NCBI GenBank assembly: GCA_050696855.1
Contig: JBOGYN010000302.1
Span: forward strand, 1-51,063
DNA: 51,063 bases
Origin: Solirubrobacteraceae bacterium
Lineage (GTDB): Bacteria; Actinomycetota; Thermoleophilia; Solirubrobacterales; Solirubrobacteraceae
Direction of reading: 5' to 3'
Shown: positions 27,517 through 36,604 of the stretch, piece after piece
How the letters are laid out: the number at the start of each line of letters is the position of its first letter
How positions within the stretch are numbered: position 1 is the first letter of the stretch
The notes under the pieces: generated by a model
What the model was told of the DNA's origin: nothing
The model's database searches: none
The model's input: the letters and a program-made list of their open reading frames with translations, nothing else
Program-made: the position numbers and the translations under genes

Positions 27517-28152
27517 ATGGATGTGGTGTCCTCACGTACCACAGAAGAGCCCGAGCGGCTCGAGGATCCCGAAGGCTTCGATGAGCTCGAAGAGGTCGTC
27601 GAGTCCGATCACGACGAGGAAGAGCTCGACCCCGAACTCGCGGCCCGGCGCGCGGCGGCGCTAGCCCAGGTCCGCAAGTTCGGCGATCCGGTCCTGAAGA
27701 CGCGGGCCCGTCCCGTCGAGCACTTCGACGCCGCCCTGCGCGACGAGATCCAGCGGATGGGGGAGTTGATGAACGATGCCCTCGGTGTCGGTCTGGCCGC
27801 CAACCAGGTCGGTGTTCTGCACCGGGTGCTCGTCTACCGCGTGCAGCAGCAGTCGCCGGTGGCGGCGCTGATCAACCCCGAGATCGAGTGGACGGGAAAC
27901 GAGGAGGAAACCATCGAAGAGGGCTGCCTGAGCCTGCCTGCGGTCCACGTCGACGTCGAGCGGCCGGTCCACATCCGGGTGCGGGCCTGCAACGAGTACG
28001 GCGAGCCGATCACCGTCGAAGCTTCGGGGCTCGAGGCGCGCGTGATCCAGCACGAGGTCGATCACCTGGATGGCAAACTCGTGTTCGATCGCGTCTCGCG
28101 CCCGCAACGCAAAGAGGCCATGCGGGCCCTGCGCGAGGCCCTGCCGGCCTAG
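27517..28152 (+). CDS. def: Peptide deformylase with acidic N-terminal extension
   Basis: GVGLAANQ, EGCLS and QHEVDHL motifs; the true start may be GTG 27526, 7 nt after TAAAAT. Confidence 0.95.
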   Translation: MDVVSSRTTEEPERLEDPEGFDELEEVVESDHDEEELDPELAARRAAALAQVRKFGDPVLKTRARPVEHFDAALRDEIQRMGELMNDALGVGLAANQVGVLHRVLVYRVQQQSPVAALINPEIEWTGNEEETIEEGCLSLPAVHVDVERPVHIRVRACNEYGEPITVEASGLEARVIQHEVDHLDGKLVFDRVSRPQRKEAMRALREALPA

Positions 28153-28172
28153 CGCTGGTCGGCCGGGCCGGG

Positions 28173-29060
28173 ATGCGCACTGTCTACCTCGGGACCTCTG
28201 AGTTCGCGGCCGGCATCCTGCGCGCGCTGGCCGGTTCGGGGCACCGGCCGGCGTTGGTGGTCACCCGCCCGGACCGGCCGCGGGGCCGGGGACGGCGCCT
28301 GACCGCGCCGCCGGTCGCCGACGCCGCCCGGGAACTCGAGATCGAGCTGTTTGCACCCGAGCAGGTCAACGACGACAGCGCGCGGGCCCGGATCGCCGCC
28401 GCGACCCCTGAGGTGGTGTGCGTGTGCGCGTTTGGCGCCCTGATCAAGGAGCCGCTCCTGTCGGACTTCGAGATGCTCAACGTGCATCCCTCGCTGCTGC
28501 CTCGCTGGCGCGGCGCGGCCCCGATCGAGCGGGCGATCATGTCCGGTGACCAACGCACCGGGGTCTCGATCATGCAGGTCACCGCCGGGCTGGACAGCGG
28601 CCCGGTGTGCGCTCAGGTCGACGTGCCGATCCAGCCCGAGGACACCTACGGGACGCTCGCCGCGCGCCTGGAGCTGCTCGGCGGGGGCCTGCTCGTCTCA
28701 GCCCTCGACGAGCGGCCGTCGTGCGCCGACCAGGACGAGGCCGGCGCCACCTACGCCGAGAAGCTGACCGCCGAAGAGCGCCTCCTGGACACAACCAAAA
28801 CTGCCGCTGAGCTCGCCCGCCGGGTCCGCGCCCTGACCCCCCATATCGGCGCCGCGATCCTTCTGGCCGACGGCACCCGGCTCGGCGTCTGGGAGGTCCG
28901 GGTCGTGGACGCGGAAGCGGTCACCCCCGGGGAGGTGTCGATGGCCGGCCCGCTGCCGCGCCTCGGCGCCGCCGACGGTGCACTCGAACTGATCACTGTG
29001 CAGCCCCCCGGCAAGCGACCCATGCCCGGCTCGGACTACCTGCGCGGACACCGGCCCTGA
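28173..29060 (+). CDS. fmt: Methionyl-tRNA formyltransferase
   Basis: LGTSEFA, PDRPRGRG, NVHPSLLPRWRGAAPI; follows def. Confidence 0.96.
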   Translation: MRTVYLGTSEFAAGILRALAGSGHRPALVVTRPDRPRGRGRRLTAPPVADAARELEIELFAPEQVNDDSARARIAAATPEVVCVCAFGALIKEPLLSDFEMLNVHPSLLPRWRGAAPIERAIMSGDQRTGVSIMQVTAGLDSGPVCAQVDVPIQPEDTYGTLAARLELLGGGLLVSALDERPSCADQDEAGATYAEKLTAEERLLDTTKTAAELARRVRALTPHIGAAILLADGTRLGVWEVRVVDAEAVTPGEVSMAGPLPRLGAADGALELITVQPPGKRPMPGSDYLRGHRP

Positions 29061-30436
29061 TGCCCACGCCCCGCCCGGGCGGGCGCAAGAGCCCGCGCGT
29101 TTCGCCCGCCCGGGCGTGTGCGTTCACGGTTGTCCGCCGGGTGTTCGAGCAGGGTGCTTACGCCGACCGCGCGCTGGCCGGGGAAGCCTCCGGCCTGGAG
29201 CCCCGTGACCGCGCGCTGGCCATGTCACTCGCCTACGGCGCTGTGCAGCGGCGCGCGACCCTCGACCACGTGGCCGCCCAATTGTCGGCGCGACCGCTCG
29301 ATCGGCTCGATCCGCCCGTACTGGCGGCGCTGCGCCTCGGGCTGCACCAGCTCCTGTTCTCAGACGGGATCGCCGAGCACGCCGCCGTGCACGAGAGCGT
29401 CGAGCTCGCCAAGGCGGCCGGGGGCCGGGGCTCGGGGCTGGTCAACGCCGTCCTGCGGCGGGCCACCCGCGAGGGCCGCGCCCTACTGGCCGACCTCTCG
29501 GATGCCACCGCCCCCGAGGCCGCCGTCCGGCACTCGGTGCCCGGGTGGCTGGCCGAGCTGTGGTGGCATGAGCTCGGTGCGGAGCGGGCGCGGGCGCTGT
29601 TGGCGGTGATCAACGACCCGGCCGAGTCAGCCCTGCGCGTCAACACCCTGGTCAGCGACCGCACGTCCGTCCTGGCCGAGCTTCCCGGGCCCGCGCAGAC
29701 CGTGCCGGAGCTGCCCGAGGCTCTGGTGTTCAACGGGGCCTTTGACGTGCACGGCTCCGAGTTGTGGCGGCGCGGGGCGATCATGGCCCAATCCCGCGGC
29801 TCGATGCTGCCCGCCCGGGCGCTCGCACCGAGCCCTGGCCAGCGGGTGCTCGATCTATGCGCCGCCCCGGGCGCCAAGACCAGCCACCTGGCCGCCCTGA
29901 TGGAGGGCGACGGGGAGGTGGTCGCCGTCGAGCGCCATTCCGGCCGCGCCCAGGCGCTGGTGCAGACGGCGGCGCGGATGGGAGCCAGCGGCGTGCGGGT
30001 GGTGACGGCCGACGCGACCGACGCGGCAAGCGCTGACGCCTGGTCGGCCGGGGGGTCCTTTGACGCCGTGCTCGTCGACCCGCCGTGCAGCGGCCTGGGG
30101 ACGCTCCAGTCCCGGCCCGATCTGCGCTGGCGCACGAGCCCGGAGCGGATCGCCGATCTGACCCAGGTTCAGGCCCGGGTCCTGCACGCCGGGGCGCAGG
30201 CCACCGCCCCGGGCGGGGCGCTCGTCTATTCGGTCTGCACGATCTCTCGGGCCGAGGGCGAGGAGACGATCGCGGCCTTCCTGGCCGAGCACTCCGAGTT
30301 CGAGCCCGAGGACCTCAGCGCACTGCTCCCGGTGGCTTCTGAGGGCCCGTTCCTGCGCACGATGCCCGATCGTGACCGCACCGATGGCTTCTTCATCGCG
30401 CGGCTGCGGCGCGCCGGTCGCCGCGACAACCATTAG
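29060..30436 (+). CDS. rsmB: 16S rRNA m5C967 methyltransferase (Sun/RsmB)
   Basis: NusB-like N-terminus, DLCAAPGAKT, DPPCSGLG, YSVCT, DGFFIA. Confidence 0.95.
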   Translation: MPTPRPGGRKSPRVSPARACAFTVVRRVFEQGAYADRALAGEASGLEPRDRALAMSLAYGAVQRRATLDHVAAQLSARPLDRLDPPVLAALRLGLHQLLFSDGIAEHAAVHESVELAKAAGGRGSGLVNAVLRRATREGRALLADLSDATAPEAAVRHSVPGWLAELWWHELGAERARALLAVINDPAESALRVNTLVSDRTSVLAELPGPAQTVPELPEALVFNGAFDVHGSELWRRGAIMAQSRGSMLPARALAPSPGQRVLDLCAAPGAKTSHLAALMEGDGEVVAVERHSGRAQALVQTAARMGASGVRVVTADATDAASADAWSAGGSFDAVLVDPPCSGLGTLQSRPDLRWRTSPERIADLTQVQARVLHAGAQATAPGGALVYSVCTISRAEGEETIAAFLAEHSEFEPEDLSALLPVASEGPFLRTMPDRDRTDGFFIARLRRAGRRDNH

Positions 30437-30446
30437 CCTGTGACCG

Positions 30447-30680
30447 GTGAAAGATCCGTCACCGGAGGTCAAGCTCGGGCCGGAGTGCCCAGGCTGTGGC
30501 GAGCCGTGGCTGCGCCCGACCGCGGTTCCCGGGCGCTACCGCTGCGTCTACTGCCTCAAGCGCTACGAGCTCGTCTCGGTGTGCCCGAACTGCGGTGAGC
30601 ACTCGACGATCGTGCGCATGTCGAGCACGATGTTCGTGGCCTGCAACCATTGCCAGGCCAGCATGCTGGTAGAGGTCTGA
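30447..30680 (+). CDS. Small Cys-rich protein with four CxxC motifs (double zinc ribbon-like)
   Basis: CPGC, CVYC, CPNC and CNHC in 77 aa; fills the rsmB-rpe gap; TAGCCT 7 nt before the GTG. Confidence 0.75.
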   Translation: MKDPSPEVKLGPECPGCGEPWLRPTAVPGRYRCVYCLKRYELVSVCPNCGEHSTIVRMSSTMFVACNHCQASMLVEV

Positions 30681-30683
30681 CCA

Positions 30684-31388
30684 GTGAGCGATCCCGGCGA
30701 CTCCCGCTCCGCGCGACTGCGCGAGCTGCACGTCGCGCCTTCGATCCTGTCGGCTGACTTCGCGGGGCTCGGCGCCCAGGTACAGGAGGTGCTCGACGCC
30801 GGGGCGCGGGTCATTCACGTGGATGTGATGGACGGACGTTTCGTGCCCCCGATCACCTTCGGCGCCGTGATCGTGGGGGCGCTGGCCGACCTCGTCCACG
30901 CCGCCGGGGCGATCCTCGACGTCCACATGATGGTCGATCGCCCCGAGCGTCACGTGGATGACATCGCCTCGGCCGGCGCCGACAGCATCACCGTCCACGC
31001 CGAGGCCACCCCTCACCTGCACTACACGCTGGCCGCGATCCGCGCGGCCGGGTGCACGGCCGGAATCGCGCTGTGTCCGGGCACCCCGCTATCGGCTCTG
31101 GACGAGGTCGCGATCGAAACCCTCGACCTCGTACTCTGCATGAGCGTCAACCCGGGCTGGGGCGGCCAGAAGTTCATCCCCGGCTCGCTCGGCAAGCTCG
31201 AGCGGATGCGGGCCGCGCTGCCCGACGAGATCGGCCTCGAGGTCGACGGCGGGGTGGCGGTCAAGACTGCCGGCCCAGTCGCTCGGGCCGGGGCCAACCT
31301 GCTGGTCGCCGGCGCCGCCGTGTTCGGGTCTGATGATCCGGCCACGTCATATGCCGCGATCCTGGAGGCCGCTGGCTCGGTTCGTTGA
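30684..31388 (+). CDS. rpe: Ribulose-phosphate 3-epimerase
   Basis: APSILSADF, HVDVMDGRFVP, MSVNPGWGGQKFI, EVDGG. Confidence 0.97.
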   Translation: MSDPGDSRSARLRELHVAPSILSADFAGLGAQVQEVLDAGARVIHVDVMDGRFVPPITFGAVIVGALADLVHAAGAILDVHMMVDRPERHVDDIASAGADSITVHAEATPHLHYTLAAIRAAGCTAGIALCPGTPLSALDEVAIETLDLVLCMSVNPGWGGQKFIPGSLGKLERMRAALPDEIGLEVDGGVAVKTAGPVARAGANLLVAGAAVFGSDDPATSYAAILEAAGSVR

Positions 31389-31606
31389 CCCCGTGGCGTC
31401 TGGCCTCGCGCCGGCGTACATGGGCCGGGGAACGGGGACGGTGGCCTGGTTACCGGCCGCCTACCGGCCGTCGCCCACCTCGGGTGGCGAAAGCGGGGCC
31501 AGTACGCGCCCCTTGTCGTAGTAGGCCCGCCCTCGTGTCGGGTTCCCATTCTCAAGCCGCCGTTCGCTTGCGCCCTAGCTTGCGTCGGCGGCGAACGTGC
31601 GTCCTG

Positions 31607-33028
31607 CTACGGCATCGCCGGCCGGGCGGCGGCCGTGACGTCGTTTGCGACCGCGGCCCCCCGGCGGTAGACCAGGGCGAGCAGCACGCTGAGCAGCGCG
31701 GTGGCGCCGAAGTAACCGACCTCGACCCGGGTCACCTGGGCGGGGATGATCGAGGCGACCATGACGCCGACGAACAGCGCGGCCGAGATCAGCCAGGCGA
31801 CCGCCGCCCAGGGCGCCTGACCGCGCGCCAGGGCGGCTTGGTTGAGGGTGCCGGCGATCAGGTGCAGGCCCATCCCGAGGCCGACCAGGGCCAGCCCGAA
31901 GCGGGCGTAGTGAAAGCCCTTGCTGCCCAACAATGCAGTCATCACGGGCGGCCCGACGGCCAGCAGCCCCAGGGCGACAGCGAGGCCGAACGCGGCGATG
32001 ACCAGGATCGTGATCCGGATCGCGTCGTGAAACTCGTCCGCGCTCTCGCGGGCCTCGAGGCCGGCGAGGTGGGGGAGAATCGAGGTCTGCACGGCCTGAA
32101 AGAGCTGGAGCGGGGCGCGCACGATCAGCATCACGTTGAACACAAAGCCGACCAGACCCGTGGTCAGGTCACCACCGCCGGCCTTGGCGGCCACGATCAA
32201 CACGCCGGCGTTCATCAGCGTCTGCTCAGAGAGCATGATCCCGACCACCGAGACCGCGAAACCGGCGCCGTGCTTGAGCGACAGGTCGGCGCTGGCCTCC
32301 TCGAGCTGGGCGTGGGCGGGTCCCTCCGCCGCCGCGTCGGACACCGGCACATCGGCGTGGCCACGCATGCGGATGCGCGAGAACGCGAACGGCATCACGC
32401 ACAGGGACGCGAACGGGGCCACCGCCATGCCGAGTCCGACCAGGCCCTGGCCCGACCCGATCCCGACCACCACGGCCAGTGCGAACAGAAAGCGCGAGGT
32501 CGACTCCAAAAAGACCAGTCCGCCGTACAGGGCGAAGCGCTCGTGCCCGGCCAGCCAGCCGCGGGCGAAGTAGCTGGCGCCGTAGGCGAGCACCCCCACG
32601 ACCAGGATCCAGTACAGCGTGCTCGAGCCGTCGAACATGCCCTGCTCGATGTCGTGGCGCAGGGCCAGGGCGACGATCAGGAAGATCACCGAGAAGCCGA
32701 GCTGGATCGAGGCCGGAACGCGCAGCGGATGGCCGTGCAGGCCCCGAGCCCGCCGGTCGGCGATCGTGCGCGAGAGCAGCTGCTCGATCGGCCGGTAGAT
32801 GACCGACAGGATCACGAACATGATCGCCCAGCAGAGCGAGATCCGGCTGTAGGAGCGGGGATCGAGAACGTGACTGGCCGCGGCCAGGTAGGCAAAGGTG
32901 AAGATGCCGGTCGAGGCGATCCCGATCGACAGGACCCGGGCGCCCGACGCGTAGGAGCCGGTCTTCTCGGGCTGGTCGTCGGCGGGAGGCTGCGCTTGGG
33001 GTGGCGCCGGCGGCCGGATGACCGCCAT
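31607..33028 (-). CDS. Polysaccharide/oligosaccharide flippase-like membrane protein (Wzx/MATE-like)
   Basis: About 12 TM segments; third gene of an overlap-coupled GT2-methyltransferase-transporter unit. Confidence 0.65.
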   Translation of the reverse strand: MAVIRPPAPPQAQPPADDQPEKTGSYASGARVLSIGIASTGIFTFAYLAAASHVLDPRSYSRISLCWAIMFVILSVIYRPIEQLLSRTIADRRARGLHGHPLRVPASIQLGFSVIFLIVALALRHDIEQGMFDGSSTLYWILVVGVLAYGASYFARGWLAGHERFALYGGLVFLESTSRFLFALAVVVGIGSGQGLVGLGMAVAPFASLCVMPFAFSRIRMRGHADVPVSDAAAEGPAHAQLEEASADLSLKHGAGFAVSVVGIMLSEQTLMNAGVLIVAAKAGGGDLTTGLVGFVFNVMLIVRAPLQLFQAVQTSILPHLAGLEARESADEFHDAIRITILVIAAFGLAVALGLLAVGPPVMTALLGSKGFHYARFGLALVGLGMGLHLIAGTLNQAALARGQAPWAAVAWLISAALFVGVMVASIIPAQVTRVEVGYFGATALLSVLLALVYRRGAAVANDVTAAARPAMP

Positions 33029-33633
33029 CAGCGCACTGCGACCAGCAGCATCGTCCACGGAAACGGTGAGCGGACTTCGGTCACCGCGCCATGGCCGCTG
33101 AGCAGGCTGACGAACGCCCGGCGGCTCCAGTGGTTCAGGTGGCCGGGGGTGTTGCCGAGCTCGCGCAGGTAGGCGCCGCGGGCCACGTTCAGGACCCGCC
33201 AGAGCGGCTCGTGCGGGACCGACACCAGCAGGTGACCGGAGGCGACCCGGGCCATCTCGGCCAGCACCCGCTCGGGGTCTGAGACGTGCTCGAGCACCTC
33301 GGTGGCGGCGACGAGGTCAAACTCAGCATCTCCGAACTCCAGCCGTCCGGCGTCCATGGCCCGGAAGTCGAGGTTGGCGTGACCGCGCTGGTCCCATTCG
33401 GCCTCGAGCTTGGGGTCGGCGAGGTCGACCCCGACCACCCGGCCGGTGCCCAGCTTCTGGGCCCACTGCTCAGAAAGAACCCCCTCGCCGCACCCCACAT
33501 CCAGCACCGAGCCCGGCGCGGCTTGCGTGAACAACTCGTCCAGCGTGTGCTCGAAACCGGCCATCAGTCGCCGCACGACCGGGTTGGTGGAGCCGTACTT
33601 GTCGTAGGTGTTGCCGGTCGGGACTGCGCTCAT
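33028..33633 (-). CDS. Class I SAM-dependent methyltransferase
   Basis: VLDVGCGEG, FDLVAATEVLEHV, SVPHEP. Confidence 0.9.
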   Translation of the reverse strand: MSAVPTGNTYDKYGSTNPVVRRLMAGFEHTLDELFTQAAPGSVLDVGCGEGVLSEQWAQKLGTGRVVGVDLADPKLEAEWDQRGHANLDFRAMDAGRLEFGDAEFDLVAATEVLEHVSDPERVLAEMARVASGHLLVSVPHEPLWRVLNVARGAYLRELGNTPGHLNHWSRRAFVSLLSGHGAVTEVRSPFPWTMLLVAVR

Positions 33634-34664
33634 ACCTCGAGCGCCTCGCGGTCCTCGGTGTCGCCCGGCCCAGCGGCCGCCGCCGGCGGCGCACCGGCCT
33701 CGTAGTGTGAGGGCTCCACGCCGAGTTGCAGCTCGATACGGCGCACGCGCTCGAGCGTGCGCTGCGACAGCGTCCGCTGATGGCTGAGCAGGTCCCCGAT
33801 CACCCCCAGCGCGCCGAGCAGCATCGCGGCGATGAACAGGACGGCGCCGAAGATCAGTGACTGCACGTGGCCTGAATGCCCGCCATGCTGGATGAAGGTG
33901 ACGATGAAGCGGATGAACAGGGCCAGCGCCGGGACGCCCAAGATCACCGCGCCGCCCCAGAACACCCGGAGCGGCTCGTACTGGGCGTAGATGCGGAAGA
34001 TCGACAGCGCGTTGCGGCGGATGTAGGACGTCGTGGACGGAAACAGCCGCGACTCGCGCGTCTTGGCGTTGGTCCGGATCGTCACATGATCGACGGCGAC
34101 CAGCAGCTTGCCGGCCTGGATGATCGTCTCCAGCGTGTAGGTGAACTTCGAGACCGCCTGCATCTGTAGAGCCGCCTCGCGGTTGTAAGCGCGAAAACCC
34201 GACGTCGTGTCCGGGATCTCGGTCGAGGAGGCCTGGCGAACGACCCAGGAGCCGAGCTGCTGCAGGCGGCGCTTGGTCCGCGAGAAGTTCTGGTTGACGT
34301 CGATCTGGCGGTCACCGACCACCATGTCGGCCTCGCCGCGCAGAATCGGCGCCACCAGCTTGGGAATGTCGGCGCCCTCGTACTGGTTGTCGCCGTCGGT
34401 GTTGACGATCACGTCGGCGCCGAGCTTGAGCCCGGCGTCCAGACCGGCCTGGAAGGCGGCCGCCAGCCCCTTGTGGTTGGTCAGACGAACAACGTGATCG
34501 ACGCCGTTGGCGCGCGCGGTGGCGATCGTCTCATCGGTCGATCCGTCGTCGATGATCAGCCACTCGACGGCGTCAAAGCCCTCGATCTCGCGCGGCAGCC
34601 CGCTCAGAGTCATCGGGAGCTGCTCTTGCTCGTTGAAACAGGGAATCTGGATGATGAGCTTCAT
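33630..34664 (-). CDS. Glycosyltransferase family 2 (polyprenol-phosphate glycosyltransferase-like, with C-terminal TMs)
   Basis: IPCFNE, IDDGSTD, DGDNQY and DTTSGFRAY motifs; two C-terminal TM helices. Confidence 0.9.
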   Translation of the reverse strand: MKLIIQIPCFNEQEQLPMTLSGLPREIEGFDAVEWLIIDDGSTDETIATARANGVDHVVRLTNHKGLAAAFQAGLDAGLKLGADVIVNTDGDNQYEGADIPKLVAPILRGEADMVVGDRQIDVNQNFSRTKRRLQQLGSWVVRQASSTEIPDTTSGFRAYNREAALQMQAVSKFTYTLETIIQAGKLLVAVDHVTIRTNAKTRESRLFPSTTSYIRRNALSIFRIYAQYEPLRVFWGGAVILGVPALALFIRFIVTFIQHGGHSGHVQSLIFGAVLFIAAMLLGALGVIGDLLSHQRTLSQRTLERVRRIELQLGVEPSHYEAGAPPAAAAGPGDTEDREALEV

Positions 34665-34783
34665 GGCCTGAGAGCGCGCGCCAAGGAGAGACGCGCGGCG
34701 CTGCGCGGCGAGAACCGCTGCTTGGGCGCGCGCTCGGGCGGGCGGGTTGAGATCACACGGTAGCGGGATACTCGGGGGGAAAC

Positions 34784-36604
34784 ATGGATGCCGCCACCTT
34801 GGAACCGGCCCCCGTGGCAGTCAACGTGCCCGCCCGCCGCCGCCTCGCGCGCTGGGGCGAACGCGTCCGCGGTCACGGCCTCGATCTGCATCGGCCGCTG
34901 CTCGCGGTGGTGCTGCTGGCCACCTTCGGCCTGCGCCTGTGGGGAATCAAGCATGGCCTGCCCTACAGCTACAACGTCGACGAGGCGACTCACTTCGTGC
35001 CCCGGGCGATCGCGTTCTTCTCGCATGACCTCAACCCCCAGTATTTCCTCAACCCGCCCGCCTACTCCTACCTGCTGCACATCGTCTTCGAGTTCTGGTT
35101 CGGGAGCGCAGACGCGGTCTCGCGGGCGTTTACCACCGATCCGACCGGGGTCTTCGTCGTCGCCCGGGTCGTGGCGGCCGCGCTGGGGACGATCTCGGTC
35201 TGGCTGACCTACCTGGCCGGCGAGCGCCTGTTCGGGCGCACGGTCGCGCTGCTGGGAGCGGCGATCTTCTCGGTCGCCTTTCTCCCCATCTTCTACAGCC
35301 ACCTGGCGCTCAACGACGTGCCGACCCTGGCCCCGGTCGCCCTTTCGCTGTACGGAGTCTCGGGGGTTCTGCGGCGCGGCTGGCGGCGGGATTATGTGAT
35401 CGCCGGGGCCGGGATCGGACTGGCGGCCGCGACCAAGTACACCGGCGGGATCACGCTCGTCTGCCTGCTGGCGGCGGCGGTGTGCGATGGGGCCGGCGGC
35501 GCGCTCCTGGTCGCCCTGCGGCGCCTGGTGCTGGCCGTGCTCGTCGCGCTGATCGCGTTCGTGATCGCCAACCCGTACGCCGTCCTGGACTTCTCGGCCT
35601 TTCAGAACGGGATCTCGACCCAGGCTGCCCTGGCCGGCGGCGCCGACCCGATCAAGCTCGGCACGACCTCCGCCAGCGGCACCGCCTACTACCTCTGGAC
35701 GTTCACCTGGGGTCTGGGCTGGGCGCCCTCGCTGGCCGCCCTGGGCGGCGCGGTCCTGCTCCTGGTCCGGCGGCGACTGACGATGGCCCTGGTCCTGCTG
35801 GCCGCACCGATCGCGTTCATCGTCTACATGGGCGACCAGCAGCGCTTTTTCGGGCGCTGGCTGATGCCGGTCTTCCCGATCGTCGCCCTGCTCGGCGCCT
35901 ACGGCACCGTGGAGCTGGTGCGTTGGCTGGTCCGGACCGGCCGGGCGCCCGCGCTTCTCGCCGCCCCGCTGGCCGCGGTGGTGATGCTCGGTCAGGGCCT
36001 GGCCAGCTCGGTCCACAACGACGCCGTGCTCGCCCGCCCCGACACGCGCAATCTGGCCCGCCAGTGGATGGTCGGCCATGTGCCGGCGGGCGCCAAGGTG
36101 GTGGTCGAGCCCGTGGTGTCCGACAACTGGGGCGCCGATATCGGCCGCTCGCTGCCGGCCACATTGAGCGGCACCCGCTGGCAGCGCTTTGCCACCTACG
36201 AGACCGACGTGGACCCCCAGGGCCGGCTGCTGCCCGCCGGCCAGCGGCGCTTCGTGCTCGTTGACCAGTACGAGCGCACGCTGCGCCCCGAGCTCCTGGA
36301 CGAGTACATCAACAGCAACTATTGCTGGGTGGTGATCGGCTCGCTGCAGGCCGGCCGATCCTTCGCCCAGCCCAAGATCGCCCCGGCCGCGATCGCCTAC
36401 TACGCCCAGCTGGCCAACCACGCCAAGCTGATGTACCACGTCAGCCCGTTTGGCCACAACAACCACGCAGTGCCGTTCAACTTCGACTGGTCGGTCGACT
36501 ACTACCCGGGCCAATACGCGCGCCCGGGACCCGAGATCAGCGTCTACCGACTTACCAGCGGTAAATGTGCGTCGAACTATTCTTCTCAGCAGCTGAAACG
36601 ATGA
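34784..36604 (+). CDS. GT39/ArnT(PMT)-like polyprenol-phosphate-dependent glycosyltransferase
   Basis: First-loop DE motif (YNVDEATHFV), LNPQYFLNPP, GLAAATKY; multi-TM. Confidence 0.8.
   Translation: MDAATLEPAPVAVNVPARRRLARWGERVRGHGLDLHRPLLAVVLLATFGLRLWGIKHGLPYSYNVDEATHFVPRAIAFFSHDLNPQYFLNPPAYSYLLHIVFEFWFGSADAVSRAFTTDPTGVFVVARVVAAALGTISVWLTYLAGERLFGRTVALLGAAIFSVAFLPIFYSHLALNDVPTLAPVALSLYGVSGVLRRGWRRDYVIAGAGIGLAAATKYTGGITLVCLLAAAVCDGAGGALLVALRRLVLAVLVALIAFVIANPYAVLDFSAFQNGISTQAALAGGADPIKLGTTSASGTAYYLWTFTWGLGWAPSLAALGGAVLLLVRRRLTMALVLLAAPIAFIVYMGDQQRFFGRWLMPVFPIVALLGAYGTVELVRWLVRTGRAPALLAAPLAAVVMLGQGLASSVHNDAVLARPDTRNLARQWMVGHVPAGAKVVVEPVVSDNWGADIGRSLPATLSGTRWQRFATYETDVDPQGRLLPAGQRRFVLVDQYERTLRPELLDEYINSNYCWVVIGSLQAGRSFAQPKIAPAAIAYYAQLANHAKLMYHVSPFGHNNHAVPFNFDWSVDYYPGQYARPGPEISVYRLTSGKCASNYSSQQLKR

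Noticed and set aside
31389..31606. FMN riboswitch or tRNA after rpe
   Set aside because: No FMN riboswitch consensus blocks and no T-loop or CCA end; kept only as an unidentified structure.
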